Source: a virus. Taken from it: 64,000 nucleotides of DNA. The stretch is from positions 74,639 through 138,638 of the IMG/VR virus record IMGVR_UViG_3300017963_000200; one strand, 5' to 3'. A model generated the notes under the pieces. That model ran no database searches. It worked only from the letters and a program-made list of their open reading frames with translations, and was not told the origin of the DNA. Below are positions 1-9,424 of the stretch, piece after piece (positions within the stretch are counted from its first letter, which is position 1; the number at the start of each line of letters is the position of its first letter). Both the position numbers and the translations under genes were made by a program.

Positions 1-374
1 CCGATATGGACCACGATGGCACCGGCAACGGCTACGGGATCTACTTCAACTTGGGCACGTCTCAGCTGGAGGGCGTGACCATCATCGGCAACATCTTTAC
101 GGCCACTAGTGCAGCGGAGCACACTTCCATCGATAGTTCGGACGGTACCGGTACATACTACGTCCGGCACGCCGTGGTCATGGGCAACATCCAGCAGACG
201 GTCGCGACGATCCCGGTGGCCAAGTTCCTGTACTCGACGTTCCTCGGAAACGTCAACCGGAGCGTCAGTTCCACTGCCGGAACGTCCATTTCCGGCACGA
301 ACGCGTCGAACGTCTATGGCGACGACGACGAGACCGGGAACCCGAGCACCAGCGCGCCGGGCGCGAACCAGTAG
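1..374 (+). CDS. 3' fragment (122 codons) of an upstream gene. Repeated GNI(F/Q)/LGNV beta-strand motifs suggest a beta-helix fiber or tailspike-like structural protein.
   Basis: ORF in frame 3 runs open from the window edge to TAG at 372-374. Repeat pattern GNIFT/MGNIQQ/LGNVNRS resembles the parallel beta-helix repeats of the 44565..49250 protein. Confidence 0.4.
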   Translation, partial: DMDHDGTGNGYGIYFNLGTSQLEGVTIIGNIFTATSAAEHTSIDSSDGTGTYYVRHAVVMGNIQQTVATIPVAKFLYSTFLGNVNRSVSSTAGTSISGTNASNVYGDDDETGNPSTSAPGANQ

Positions 375-383
375 GAGGTCGAG

Positions 384-611
384 ATGCCGACGCGGCAAGA
401 GCTTTTGGCGAGCATCGAATCCAAGTTGTCCGAGATCGAGACGGCCAGGGCCACGTACATCACGTCCTTGGAGGAGGATCTGGCGAGTCTTCGAGCCCAG
501 GTCGAGGCAGAGGAAACTTCTTGCGGATGTTCGACCTTGACCAAGATCGAAGATGGCAAGTACCAGTGCTCCAACGCGGATTGTCAAAAGGAGTTCGAGT
601 TCGCGAGGTAA
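384..611 (+). CDS. Small hypothetical protein (75 aa) with an N-terminal coiled-coil and a C-terminal C-x-C ... C-x4-C cluster.
   Basis: ATG 384 preceded by GTAGGAGGTCGAG. No similarity recognised. Confidence 0.5.
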   Translation: MPTRQELLASIESKLSEIETARATYITSLEEDLASLRAQVEAEETSCGCSTLTKIEDGKYQCSNADCQKEFEFAR

Positions 612-670
612 TCTCCGGCGCAATCCATCTGGTATATTATATCCAGGACTTTTCGATCCTGGAGGATGAG

Positions 671-1114
671 ATGACCGAAAACGACAAAGACAACGACAAC
701 GTGCGCAACATCTACGAGAAGCCGGAGGAGGGTTCTCAAGTTCCGGAATCCGAGGATCCCGAAGATGGTGCCGAGGAAGTGTCCGAAGATGTCCCCAAGG
801 AGGATGCTCCGAAGCGAGATCCGCAACGTTTCATCCAACTGAACCGGTTGCACGCCGCCGAAGCCCAGCTGGCCGGCCTCAAGGTCCAGGAGGCCGAGAA
901 TCGGATCCGGCAGGCCAACCGCGAGCTGGAGCAGGCCCAGAAGGACCTCAAGCAGGCCCAGAAGGACCATCGGGAAGCCCAGATGGAGGGACAGCAGGCT
1001 GCGGACCGGATTCTCAAGGAGATGGCGCTCTCTTCTCAGAACGTCATCAATGTCGACAACAAAGTTGTGGTGCCCCCCAAGGGGCAGGAGTTCGTGGTCT
1101 TCTTGAATGACTGA
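671..1114 (+). CDS. Acidic coiled-coil protein (148 aa). The alternative start at 521 would overlap the preceding gene.
   Basis: ATG 671 preceded by CTGGAGGATGAG. The Asp/Glu-rich N-terminus and the heptad-like repeat QANRELEQAQKDLKQAQKD are read from the translation. The stop overlaps the next gene's ATG (ATGACTGA). Confidence 0.5.
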   Translation: MTENDKDNDNVRNIYEKPEEGSQVPESEDPEDGAEEVSEDVPKEDAPKRDPQRFIQLNRLHAAEAQLAGLKVQEAENRIRQANRELEQAQKDLKQAQKDHREAQMEGQQAADRILKEMALSSQNVINVDNKVVVPPKGQEFVVFLND

Positions 1115-4100
1115 TGATCTGAAAGAAAGCTTCATTCCGACGCGCAGGGCTGCCGCCAACCAGTTCCAGCCTCGGCTCATTAACGCCGACCCCTCCTATC
1201 ATCGGAGGGAGCTGGCGGCGAGCGTGTTGCCGAAGGGTGCCACCTTGGCGATGACGCCTTCGCGTCGCGAAGGTTCTGGCTACTTCTCTGGGATGCCATA
1301 CGGCGTCACGCCGTATTCCGGTGGCGGAGGTGGAGGGGGCAGCTCGCTGTACCACATGCAGCGGCCTTACCTGCCGCAGGTCGAATCCCCGGACCGAGTT
1401 CAGTATCCGAAGAGCCGGGAGGAGGCCAACGAGGACTGGCGACTGTTCCATCGTGTCGATCCGATCTTCGGATGCGCGATAGACATGTACGCCGAGATGC
1501 TCGTCAGCGACTTCGACATCGTGGTCGGGGACGAGAAGAGCCACGAGATCCGGGACACGCTGGAATACATGTGTCAGGTCACGAACCTGATGGATCGTCT
1601 CCGGTACATCGTTCGCGACTACTTGGTCTTCGGCGAAGCCATCCCCCACTGTTTCTTCGATGACGATCTGGGCATCTGGACCTACATCGGGATGCATGAT
1701 CCCGACTACGTCGAGGTCATCGACGCTCCCATCGTCAACATGGACCCAATCCTCAACTTCGTGCCGGACGAGAGCATCCGGCGGCTGCTTTCGGATGGAT
1801 CTCCGGAATCGAGGGAGTTCCGGTCGAGGTTGCCCGCCGAGTTCGTGGCCAAGATCATGGCGCGGCAGAAGATCAGGCTGAGTCCGCTCAACGCCACGTT
1901 CATTCCGAGGAAGCTCCATCTTCATGAAGTTCGCGGAACGAGCCTGGCGAGTCGGATGTGGCGCATCTTCATGGTCGAGGATGCGGTCTACAACAGCACC
2001 ATCGCCACCTATCGAAGACACGCGGCCCCGGTCAAGGTCATCAAGTTGGGTGATCCCCAGACCGGGTGGATCCCGGCTCCCGGTGCCGAGGTGAAGTTGC
2101 TGGAGATGTTGAACCGCGCCGAGGCCGACCCGCAGGCGTGGATCATCTACCACTACGGCATCAACTTCGAGGCCTGGGGCACGACCGACCGCGCCATCTC
2201 GATTCACCAACAGCACGACGTCATCGAGAAAGTGAAGTTGCTGGCGCTGGGTCTTTCGAAGAGCTTCATGACCGGCGAAGTGACCTACGCTTGTAGCCTC
2301 TCTCGCACTCCTGTGCGGAAGGGGGATTCCTCATACGTAGGGGTTGAAGAGATTCGGAAGGGCGATGCTGTAATGGATCGCTTCGGGAAGTCTCGTAAGG
2401 TAGTTGATGTCTTGGAGTATCCGGCTCCGGACGAGATGGTCAAGATCACTTTATACGGTGACCGCGAGCTTACTCTTACTGATTACCACGAGCTTCCTGT
2501 ATTCGCTCGACCACATAAATGCTTGTGTGGTTGCGGGGAGGATCTTGGGGACGAGAAGGGAACAAGTCAAGGACGACGGCAATGGCGCTCCTTCTCTCCG
2601 CAGCATCACAAGAATACCCTCCGTGCAGGTCGAGACCGCGAGTGGATCGACTACAAGCACGGGGACGCTGTCATTGCGTCTTTCCCCAGTGAGCACTATC
2701 CTTATCAACGGTTGCGCGCTGACGAAGTTCGTATGGGGGACTGGTTGATGATCCCTCGCGGATTCGAGGTGTCCGCTACTCCTTCTTCAGAGGAAAATTT
2801 GGCTAAGGCCAGGTTGCTGGGATACTACGCGGCGGAGGGTTCGACGGAGTTCACGGTTTCCGATTCTGGAAACAAGACGACGAGGTTCTCGTTCGGGAGA
2901 GTGGATTGTGCCAAAGAAGAGTTCTACGTTGCGGATGTGGCCGAGCTGTTGGAATCTTTTGGTCACCTCTGTACCATCCAGCGTTCCTACAAGCAGCCTG
3001 ACTCGGAGGTTCCATCTTTCACGGTGTATGTTCCCACGACGGCAACCCCGCTGAGCACCTATCTGGAAGAGAATGGAGGAAAAGGGAGTGGCACGAAGCG
3101 ACTCTCGTCCGAGGTGATGGGCTGGAACCTGGAGTTGAAGAAAGAACTCCTGAAAGGCATGTATCGAGGCGACGGCTATCTTTTCAAGAATGGTAATCGC
3201 CTCGATGTAGTATACACTACTACCTCGACTCAACTGATGCGACAGCTCGAAGTTATTCTCGCTCAGTTGGGGTATTCATGCTACGTGCATACCTCTCCTG
3301 AGCGCAGGGACGAGAAAGGGTACGTCCACCAGGAATGTCATTATATTACTTGTTCCGGAAAGCAAGCTCGACCTCTTGCTGAGCTGGTTTGGTCGGAGGT
3401 TTCTGCTGTCTGGGATGAGGTAGATTGGACTGGGTTCGAGAAGGATAACCATCAAGGTGAACGTCACGAGGTTTTCGTAGACGACGAGTACATCTATCTT
3501 CCGGTCAAGTCGGTAGAGACTGTGCAGGTGGACAAGAAGCTCAATCCTTACGTTTATAGTCTGACGGTACAGGAGACGAGCAGCTATACATTGAACAACG
3601 TCGCATCGTTCAATTCGGCCAAGAGTGGTCTTCAGGTCTTCTTGCGCCGGCTGCTCTCGCTGCGTCAGTTCCTGGAGAACTTCTGGCTCTATCCGAAGTT
3701 CTTCCGCCCCATCTCCGAGATCAACGAGTGGTTTACCGCGAAACCCTCTGAGGTGCATCATCGCTACCGCATCAAGCGGACCGCACAGGAGATCGAAGAG
3801 GAGAACATGATCCTGATGCCCACTCTCAAGTGGCGCAACAAGCTCGATCCGGGCGTGGATCAGGATCTTCTCCAGGCCTATGCGATGCTGGCGAAGTTTG
3901 GCATCCAGATCTCCGATTCGACCGTTGCCGGGGCCGTGGGTCTCGACGCCACCGAGGAACTCGAAAAGTCCATGAAGGAGTTCAAGTCCAAGCGCGAGAA
4001 GATCGAACAGACCCTCGGCAAGGACCTGGCTCGGGAATTCCTCCAGCAGACGCAGCAGGCCGGCGCTGGAGGCGCGAAGCCGCCCGGAGGACCCGGAGCA

Positions 4101-4253
4101 GGGGCCAAGCCTCCTGGAGCAGCCGGAAAGCCTTCTGGAGGCATGGACGACGTTTCGAAGCCGCCGGGGAGCGCTCCTGGTGGGGGAGAGGCCTTGGACG
4201 AGGGAATCGAACGTCCGGCAGGCGGTGGTCTGCCGACTGGTGTCGGTGACTAG
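1107..4253 (+). CDS. Putative portal protein (608-aa host protein) interrupted in-frame by a 441-aa intein. It ends in a Gly/Pro/Ala-rich low-complexity tail.
   Basis: 1048-aa ORF. The position immediately upstream of a Mu F/gp7-like head morphogenesis gene, the absence of a Walker A motif (which argues against terminase), and the disordered C-terminal tail (QQAGAGGAKPPGGPGAGAKPPGAAGKPSGG) fit a portal. The portal call is inference from gene order and size. Confidence 0.55.
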   Translation: MTDDLKESFIPTRRAAANQFQPRLINADPSYHRRELAASVLPKGATLAMTPSRREGSGYFSGMPYGVTPYSGGGGGGGSSLYHMQRPYLPQVESPDRVQYPKSREEANEDWRLFHRVDPIFGCAIDMYAEMLVSDFDIVVGDEKSHEIRDTLEYMCQVTNLMDRLRYIVRDYLVFGEAIPHCFFDDDLGIWTYIGMHDPDYVEVIDAPIVNMDPILNFVPDESIRRLLSDGSPESREFRSRLPAEFVAKIMARQKIRLSPLNATFIPRKLHLHEVRGTSLASRMWRIFMVEDAVYNSTIATYRRHAAPVKVIKLGDPQTGWIPAPGAEVKLLEMLNRAEADPQAWIIYHYGINFEAWGTTDRAISIHQQHDVIEKVKLLALGLSKSFMTGEVTYACSLSRTPVRKGDSSYVGVEEIRKGDAVMDRFGKSRKVVDVLEYPAPDEMVKITLYGDRELTLTDYHELPVFARPHKCLCGCGEDLGDEKGTSQGRRQWRSFSPQHHKNTLRAGRDREWIDYKHGDAVIASFPSEHYPYQRLRADEVRMGDWLMIPRGFEVSATPSSEENLAKARLLGYYAAEGSTEFTVSDSGNKTTRFSFGRVDCAKEEFYVADVAELLESFGHLCTIQRSYKQPDSEVPSFTVYVPTTATPLSTYLEENGGKGSGTKRLSSEVMGWNLELKKELLKGMYRGDGYLFKNGNRLDVVYTTTSTQLMRQLEVILAQLGYSCYVHTSPERRDEKGYVHQECHYITCSGKQARPLAELVWSEVSAVWDEVDWTGFEKDNHQGERHEVFVDDEYIYLPVKSVETVQVDKKLNPYVYSLTVQETSSYTLNNVASFNSAKSGLQVFLRRLLSLRQFLENFWLYPKFFRPISEINEWFTAKPSEVHHRYRIKRTAQEIEEENMILMPTLKWRNKLDPGVDQDLLQAYAMLAKFGIQISDSTVAGAVGLDATEELEKSMKEFKSKREKIEQTLGKDLAREFLQQTQQAGAGGAKPPGGPGAGAKPPGAAGKPSGGMDDVSKPPGSAPGGGEALDEGIERPAGGGLPTGVGD
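2292..3614 (+). mobile_element. Intein with a LAGLIDADG homing endonuclease domain, inserted in the portal ORF.
   Basis: The N-terminal Cys at 2292 sits in the sequence TYA|CLSRTPV...GDAV. A block-B-like T-x-x-H motif (LTLTDYHELP) is present. There are two LAGLIDADG motifs (LLGYYAAEGS and LLKGMYRGDGYL). The C-terminal block YVYSLTVQETSSYTLNNVASFN is followed by the +1 Ser at 3615. The flanking extein sequence is continuous in frame. Confidence 0.75.
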
Positions 4254-4256
4254 CAC

Positions 4257-5333
4257 ATGGGTGAGAACTATCGTCAGATCGTCCAGGAGGTTCTCAACTC
4301 CTATCCGGACGATCAGCCTCTTCTGAAGTTCGATGACTTCTTCGTCGGAGGAGCCTACAAGCAGCAGTTGCCGGACTTCGCGGCGAGCCAGAAGCCGCTT
4401 ACCTGGCAGCTGACAGGCATCTCCGACGTGGAAGCTTTGAAACGCGGTGAAGTACAGCAGGAGGTCCTTGTCGAAGCCGAGAACGATCTTGACGTATTCG
4501 TTCCTGAAAAGGTGGATCTCCTGGACGAGGAGCAGTACGAGAAGTTGTTCATGGCAATGAAGTCGCGAGCTTTTCGAGTCTTCAACTTCTTGGACATCAA
4601 GTCTGCCGCTCTCGGAGACATCCCTATCAAGGAGAAGGATCTCGTACTGGACGAAGACGACTACTACATCATGGACTACCTGCGCGGAGCGGTGTCGGAT
4701 TACTACGCCGTCGCCTCCATCGCCACGTTGCTCGCCTACGAGAACATGGGGATCTACACTGTCCGGTTCCGGCAGCAGGATGGTTGTCCGATCTGCAAGG
4801 CCCTCGACGGCATCTTCTTCGAGACGCGGTCTCTCATCAGCTTGCTGGGAACGGGGGATCACGTCTCGCACCGTTACTGCGATTGCCAGCTCGTTCCCGT
4901 CATCTTCCGGGAGATGTATAGCGGCCCGTTGGAGGGCTATCTGAACTTGGAAGAGACGCGGCATGGACCGGTCACGATCTTGAACGCGCCGTTGGAGTTG
5001 GAGGTCGAGCTGCGGCAGCTGTCCGAACAACTCGATGTCGACTGTATCGAGTTCGTCGACATGAAAGATCACCTTCGGGAGAACCTGGAGGTCACGGATA
5101 TCGAGGGCGTCGTCGCCATCCTGGAAGACGGGGTGCTCTCGGTCCACAACAGCTACGTCGGGTCTCACGGTCCGCTGGACTTTCTCCGTGAATTCGCCGA
5201 AGCGGACAGTCTCCCGGATCGGATTTCGCCAGCTTCCCTCGAAGATGCCGAGATCTACTTGATGGGGGGAAGGCGCGTGGCGAAGAAGGACGGGAAGTAC
5301 TGGGATCCCGAGACCGGCGAGCGCTTGAAATGA
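4257..5333 (+). CDS. Head morphogenesis protein of the Mu F / SPP1 gp7 family (putative minor head protein).
   Basis: 358 aa. C-P-I-C-K-A-L-D-G followed by H-x-x-C-D-C-x-x-V-P, which resembles the H..CRC..P signature of the Mu F-like domain. The position directly after the portal gene is typical. Confidence 0.5.
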   Translation: MGENYRQIVQEVLNSYPDDQPLLKFDDFFVGGAYKQQLPDFAASQKPLTWQLTGISDVEALKRGEVQQEVLVEAENDLDVFVPEKVDLLDEEQYEKLFMAMKSRAFRVFNFLDIKSAALGDIPIKEKDLVLDEDDYYIMDYLRGAVSDYYAVASIATLLAYENMGIYTVRFRQQDGCPICKALDGIFFETRSLISLLGTGDHVSHRYCDCQLVPVIFREMYSGPLEGYLNLEETRHGPVTILNAPLELEVELRQLSEQLDVDCIEFVDMKDHLRENLEVTDIEGVVAILEDGVLSVHNSYVGSHGPLDFLREFAEADSLPDRISPASLEDAEIYLMGGRRVAKKDGKYWDPETGERLK

Positions 5334-5455
5334 GGAGGAAACATGTCGTTCAAAAAGACAGGTGATGCGCAGCCGTTGAGTCAGCCTTTCCCTGCGAAAA
5401 AGAACGAGAAATCCGGAAAGCCATCTGACAAAAAGCCGGAAAAAAAGCAGGAAAA

Positions 5456-5779
5456 GTGAGATACTTCGTCGTCACCGATCCGACCGAGCTTCCGGTCGCA
5501 GTCGTCTTCCACGACTACCGTGATCAAGTTCTCTACTGCCGCTCCAAGAAGGAGTCCTTCCTGCGCGCGTTCAACGCGGTCTGCGCGCGATCCGGCATCG
5601 AGTTCGTCAAGGAAGATGCGGTTTTGCGCGCCGTGCAGCACGGCCCCGAAGATTATGATTGGATGGGGTTAATCCTTGATCAAGTTTGTGAAGATTATTG
5701 GTCGGTATCCGATATAGGTGAGGTTCGGCACACGGAAGTCAGTGTAGACGCGGTGATTCAGAGATATCTCGCCCCATAA
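5456..5779 (+). CDS. Hypothetical protein (107 aa, GTG start).
   Basis: ORF with GC-rich codon usage. Weak RBS AGGAAAAG. Followed by a palindrome (GAGATATCTC) and a T7 run. Confidence 0.4.
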   Translation: MRYFVVTDPTELPVAVVFHDYRDQVLYCRSKKESFLRAFNAVCARSGIEFVKEDAVLRAVQHGPEDYDWMGLILDQVCEDYWSVSDIGEVRHTEVSVDAVIQRYLAP

Positions 5780-5861
5780 TCTGTTTTTTTCACAACTTTA
5801 AGGTTCCTAAACCAGATTGATATATAATATCGTCTGGAACTGCGGATTAGTGTGTTGAATC

Positions 5862-6779
5862 ATGTCGTTCTGGAAAACAGCAAGTATCTCCGTCCTCGGC
5901 GTCCACGCGGATCACGGCTGGAATAAGGTCGCGACCGAAAAGTTCGCCTCGTTCTATATGGACGGCGGCGAGATTGACATCGAAGCCGCGCTCGACACCG
6001 TTGCCGACGCCTACCGGATATCTCGCGATCCAGATGATTATCTCCTGATTCCAACGCGGGCCAACTCGACGGATCGCCCGAACGAGAACATGGACGGTTG
6101 GCGCAGGGGAGAGCTGCTCCGGTTCGATCCTCGCATCGGACGCCGGGTCTATCAGACCTATCTCCTCAAGCCGCATTTCGTGAACCATAACGCCTCCAAC
6201 TTCGCCCTGTCTCGGGGAGTCATCCTCGACGCGCACTACAACGACGTCAATCCGGCCAACGACATGGTCAAGGAAGCGGTCTTCGAGGCGACCGGTGAGA
6301 TTCCCGATCGCGATGAGTTCGTCGAGACCTTGATCGCGATGGATACCACCAAGGATCCTCGCCTGGCGGAAGCGTACAAGAACGGTTCCGTCGACAAGTT
6401 CTCGATGGGTTGCGACGTGGAGAGCACCGAGTGCTCTGTCTGCGGCAAGACCGCGATGACCACCTTCCAGTTCTGCGATCACGTCCGCGCCAAGCTCTCG
6501 AAGCGTGCCTATCCCCTCGACGGTGGTGGCACGCGACGAGCTTTCGAGTGGTGCAACGGTACGATCTTCGCGGAGGAATCCGCCGTGGATGATCCTGCCG
6601 ACAAGGATGCCATCGTCCAGGAGGGTCTCTTGCAAGCGGTTGCGAGCGGTGCGCGCGTGTTGACGGCTTCCGAAGTCCGTCAGATCACGGCGTTCGTCGC
6701 GAAGCATCCGCGCGACATTCCGGAGCCCCTCGCTGCCTTGATCACATCGGCCCTCCAGAGGGCGTCAGGAGTGAACTGA
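5862..6779 (+). CDS. Hypothetical head-module protein (305 aa) with a C-x2-C ... C-x-H cluster.
   Basis: Long ORF between the head morphogenesis and scaffold genes. CSVCGKT...FCDHV suggests metal binding. No protease motif recognised. Confidence 0.5.
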   Translation: MSFWKTASISVLGVHADHGWNKVATEKFASFYMDGGEIDIEAALDTVADAYRISRDPDDYLLIPTRANSTDRPNENMDGWRRGELLRFDPRIGRRVYQTYLLKPHFVNHNASNFALSRGVILDAHYNDVNPANDMVKEAVFEATGEIPDRDEFVETLIAMDTTKDPRLAEAYKNGSVDKFSMGCDVESTECSVCGKTAMTTFQFCDHVRAKLSKRAYPLDGGGTRRAFEWCNGTIFAEESAVDDPADKDAIVQEGLLQAVASGARVLTASEVRQITAFVAKHPRDIPEPLAALITSALQRASGVN

Positions 6780-8602
6780 TGACGCAACATCGACTCCAGC
6801 TTCTCAACACCGTCAAGGAGCTTCACGAGGCCGGGACGGTCAAGCTTTCCGATGCCGACAAGGCCAGGATCGAGGCGGAGACCGCCGATCTGATCCAACG
6901 TTCGCTCTTGAACTCGAAGCTGGCGATGAAGGCTCCTCCGGGTTTTGACGCGCTGCTCGAAGAGCTGAAGAAGGCCGAGGCCGCCGATGCCGCCTTCGAG
7001 ACCGTGGTGAAGTTCTTGGATTCTCTCGAAGGCATGGAAGTTGAGTCCGAGGAAGAGGAAGAAGAGGAGGAATCCGAAGAGGAGGAATCCGAGGCGAAGA
7101 ATGGGGGGCCGGAGATGGGCGAGAAGAAGCCCGAACCTCCGAAGCCGAAAGAAGAAAAACCCTTCCCTCCGAAGCCGAAAGACGAGAAGAAGCCCGGCCC
7201 ACCCGAGGGCGGTCCGCCCAAATCCGGTCTCCCGAAGCCCGGTGAACCCAAGGAAGACGAGATGAAGGAAGCGCGGCAACAGCTCCTGCGCCGAGCCCAG
7301 GAGCAGGAGACCCCCGAAGGCGGCATCAGCGATCTCCAGGAGAAGAAGCGCGAGAAGGCCGAAGCGCCGTCCGCTGACGAAATGGGCGTCGGGGACATGA
7401 CGCCCGTCGCCAGAGCCGCGAAGATCAAGGTCGCGCTGACCAAGGATCGTAACCTCGTAGCCTCTCATCAGGATTTCGGTCCCGTGTTCTATGCGATGCC
7501 GGCCCCGGAAGTGAAGCGTGACGAGAACGCGCTGCGCCGGTTGGCCAACAAGGTCTTCGGGATCGCCCTCTACCAGGGCTTCAAGGAGGCCGCGCGCCTG
7601 TGCAAGGCGAAGCTGCTCATTGAAGCCGGGGTCGATGACGACGTCGTCACCGACTCCCAAGTGGAGGTGCCCCCGGCCACGCAGGGCATCACTGCCGATG
7701 AGGAGACCGATACGCGAGAGAAGCCAGAAGAAGGTGATTCCTCGGCGCTGCCGGGCATGGAGGTCGACACGCGCGAGAAGCCGCCGACCGTTTCCGACAC
7801 CAAGACCAAGATGATCACGAGCAAGCGCAAACGCATCGCGTTGGCGAGTGCTCGTCATCGCGGCAAGGATATTCTCGACGAGGCCGAGGGCGTCACCCAG
7901 ACGCACAAGCCCTCGAAGCCGTCCGGCGATACCACCGATGACGCCGAGTTCAACAGCCAGGAAACGCCTCCTGCGCCTGCCGGTGACGTGCTCGCCGACG
8001 CGGACAACGATATTCGGACCACTCAGGCGAACATGAGCGAGCTGTACAAGCACCGGCTGGAGAAACGCCTCGCCGCCGAGAAGGAGCAGTTCGTCCGGAA
8101 GTTCACGCGGGCGCTCAGGATCGCGGGTACCCGAATGCTGCTCAACCACGAAGAGCATCCGCTCAAGGTGGCAGCGGTCGATGTGCTCACCGGGGAGGAC
8201 ATCGAATTCAGCGACGGCGAGCGCTATACCGGCATGGATGTCGGGACGGCGGTCGAGTTGACCGAGCTGATCGCTTCCGAAGGTCATGAGAGCTTCATGA
8301 CCCGGCTGCTCTCCCGAGCTGCCGATCTGCTCGAAAAGGACGATCAGTATCTCGCCGATGCGGAGACCGATCTTCAGGATCAGGCTCCTGTCCCGGTGGG
8401 AGACGGTGGTCAAGCGACAGCGAGAAAGCGTTCCTCGCGGAATCGGCGTTCGGCGCGCGTGCGCCGGGAAGCCGCCGAGGGGAACTTCGGTAAGGAAAAC
8501 GGAGCACCTGTTTCCAGCTCCAAACAAGCTTCTGGCGGTATTCGTGACGCCCTCAGTGGAGGCACCCTGCTCGGTCGTAGGATCGGCAGGCTTCAGGGCT
8601 GA
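6779..8602 (+). CDS. Putative scaffolding protein (607 aa, highly acidic, poly-Glu and PPKPK(E/D)EK repeats).
   Basis: Contains EEEEEEEESEEEESE and the repeats KPEPPKPKEEKPFPPKPKDEKKPGPP. Predicted largely helical and disordered. The position immediately upstream of the capsid genes is typical of scaffolds. 1-nt overlap (TGATG) with the preceding gene. Confidence 0.5.
   Translation: MTQHRLQLLNTVKELHEAGTVKLSDADKARIEAETADLIQRSLLNSKLAMKAPPGFDALLEELKKAEAADAAFETVVKFLDSLEGMEVESEEEEEEEESEEEESEAKNGGPEMGEKKPEPPKPKEEKPFPPKPKDEKKPGPPEGGPPKSGLPKPGEPKEDEMKEARQQLLRRAQEQETPEGGISDLQEKKREKAEAPSADEMGVGDMTPVARAAKIKVALTKDRNLVASHQDFGPVFYAMPAPEVKRDENALRRLANKVFGIALYQGFKEAARLCKAKLLIEAGVDDDVVTDSQVEVPPATQGITADEETDTREKPEEGDSSALPGMEVDTREKPPTVSDTKTKMITSKRKRIALASARHRGKDILDEAEGVTQTHKPSKPSGDTTDDAEFNSQETPPAPAGDVLADADNDIRTTQANMSELYKHRLEKRLAAEKEQFVRKFTRALRIAGTRMLLNHEEHPLKVAAVDVLTGEDIEFSDGERYTGMDVGTAVELTELIASEGHESFMTRLLSRAADLLEKDDQYLADAETDLQDQAPVPVGDGGQATARKRSSRNRRSARVRREAAEGNFGKENGAPVSSSKQASGGIRDALSGGTLLGRRIGRLQG
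7136..7182. repeat. 17-nt direct repeat CCTCCGAAGCCGAAAGA occurring twice (7136-7152 and 7166-7182), encoding the PPKPK(E/D) repeats of the scaffold.
   Basis: Identical 17-mers 30 nt apart, read directly from the sequence. Confidence 0.6.
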
Positions 8603-8638
8603 ACGACACGGGATCGCCCCAACTGACGGAGGATAGAG

Positions 8639-9409
8639 ATGGCCTTCTCGCCGCGTATGGAAGCCTTCAGGGTTTCGAGCCGAGCAATCGGCATCGACCT
8701 GATGCGCTCCCAGTACACGCGGAACCTGGGCACCTACGTCGCCAACGCCGCGACCACCTTCCGCGCGGGGATGCTCGTGTCCCTCAACGCGAGTCAGGAG
8801 ATCGTGGTGTGCGACGGCACGACGCCTTTCGGTTTCGCGAAGTACACCAAGGCGCAGACGCTGTACGCAGCTGTGACTGCCGAGCAGATCCAGCTGAACG
8901 GCGTCATCGCCACCAACCTCGCCCACGGCAACCTCTGGACGCCGGGCGCAACCGGCGGCGTGCGCGTGACCGACATCACGGGTACGACCGTCTACACCGA
9001 GGGTGCCGGTAACGACTACACGGTCAACTATGTCAACGGACAGGTGACCCGCGTGGCGACCGGTACCATCGGCGACGGTGACTATGTACTGGTGGATTAC
9101 CAGTATCAGGTCACCGAGCAAGAGCTGAAGTTCGAGGGGCGCAACTTCTGGAACTTCATCGACGACGTCACCATTCAGGGCGACAAGATCACCGTGATCA
9201 ACGACTGGTCGTTCATCTGGACGACCCAGTACGATCCGGCCCAGACCTACGCCGTGAACGACGTCCTGAACGCCGGTATGTCGGGTGCCTCCAAGGCCGG
9301 TCTCGTGACCAAGGGCGGTGGTGGTGCCTACATCGGCAGGGTCTTCCAGGTCCCGACAGCGGACGATCCCTTCCTGGGCATCCGTTACGTCGGCGGCATG
9401 GTCAGCTAG
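8639..9409 (+). CDS. Hypothetical beta-rich structural protein (256 aa), possibly a head decoration or accessory protein.
   Basis: RBS GGAGGATAGAG. Positioned between the scaffold and the putative capsid gene. No motif recognised. Confidence 0.45.
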   Translation: MAFSPRMEAFRVSSRAIGIDLMRSQYTRNLGTYVANAATTFRAGMLVSLNASQEIVVCDGTTPFGFAKYTKAQTLYAAVTAEQIQLNGVIATNLAHGNLWTPGATGGVRVTDITGTTVYTEGAGNDYTVNYVNGQVTRVATGTIGDGDYVLVDYQYQVTEQELKFEGRNFWNFIDDVTIQGDKITVINDWSFIWTTQYDPAQTYAVNDVLNAGMSGASKAGLVTKGGGGAYIGRVFQVPTADDPFLGIRYVGGMVS

Positions 9410-9424
9410 GAAAGGAGGAGGACG

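Noticed and set aside
109-540. + strand alternative-frame ORFs such as 109..540, 7041..7265, 9546..9809, 10126..10467, 18872..19501, 20062..20559, 35180..35731, 37046..37963 and 50005..50592.
   Set aside because: They overlap better-supported genes in another frame and encode Arg/Pro/Ser-rich nonsense typical of off-frame GC-rich translation.
5342-5428. 28-codon Lys-rich ORF (MSFKKTGDAQPLSQPFPAKKEREIRKAI) with a very strong RBS (GAGGAGG) right after the head morphogenesis gene.
   Set aside because: It is too short to support. It could be a genuine micro-ORF or leader peptide, or the RBS may serve a mis-called start. Noted but not annotated.
5761-5790. Possible intrinsic terminator (palindrome GAGATATCTC followed by a T7 run).
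   Set aside because: The palindrome is AT-rich, would form only a 4-bp stem, and is separated from the T-run by about 10 nt. Weak evidence.
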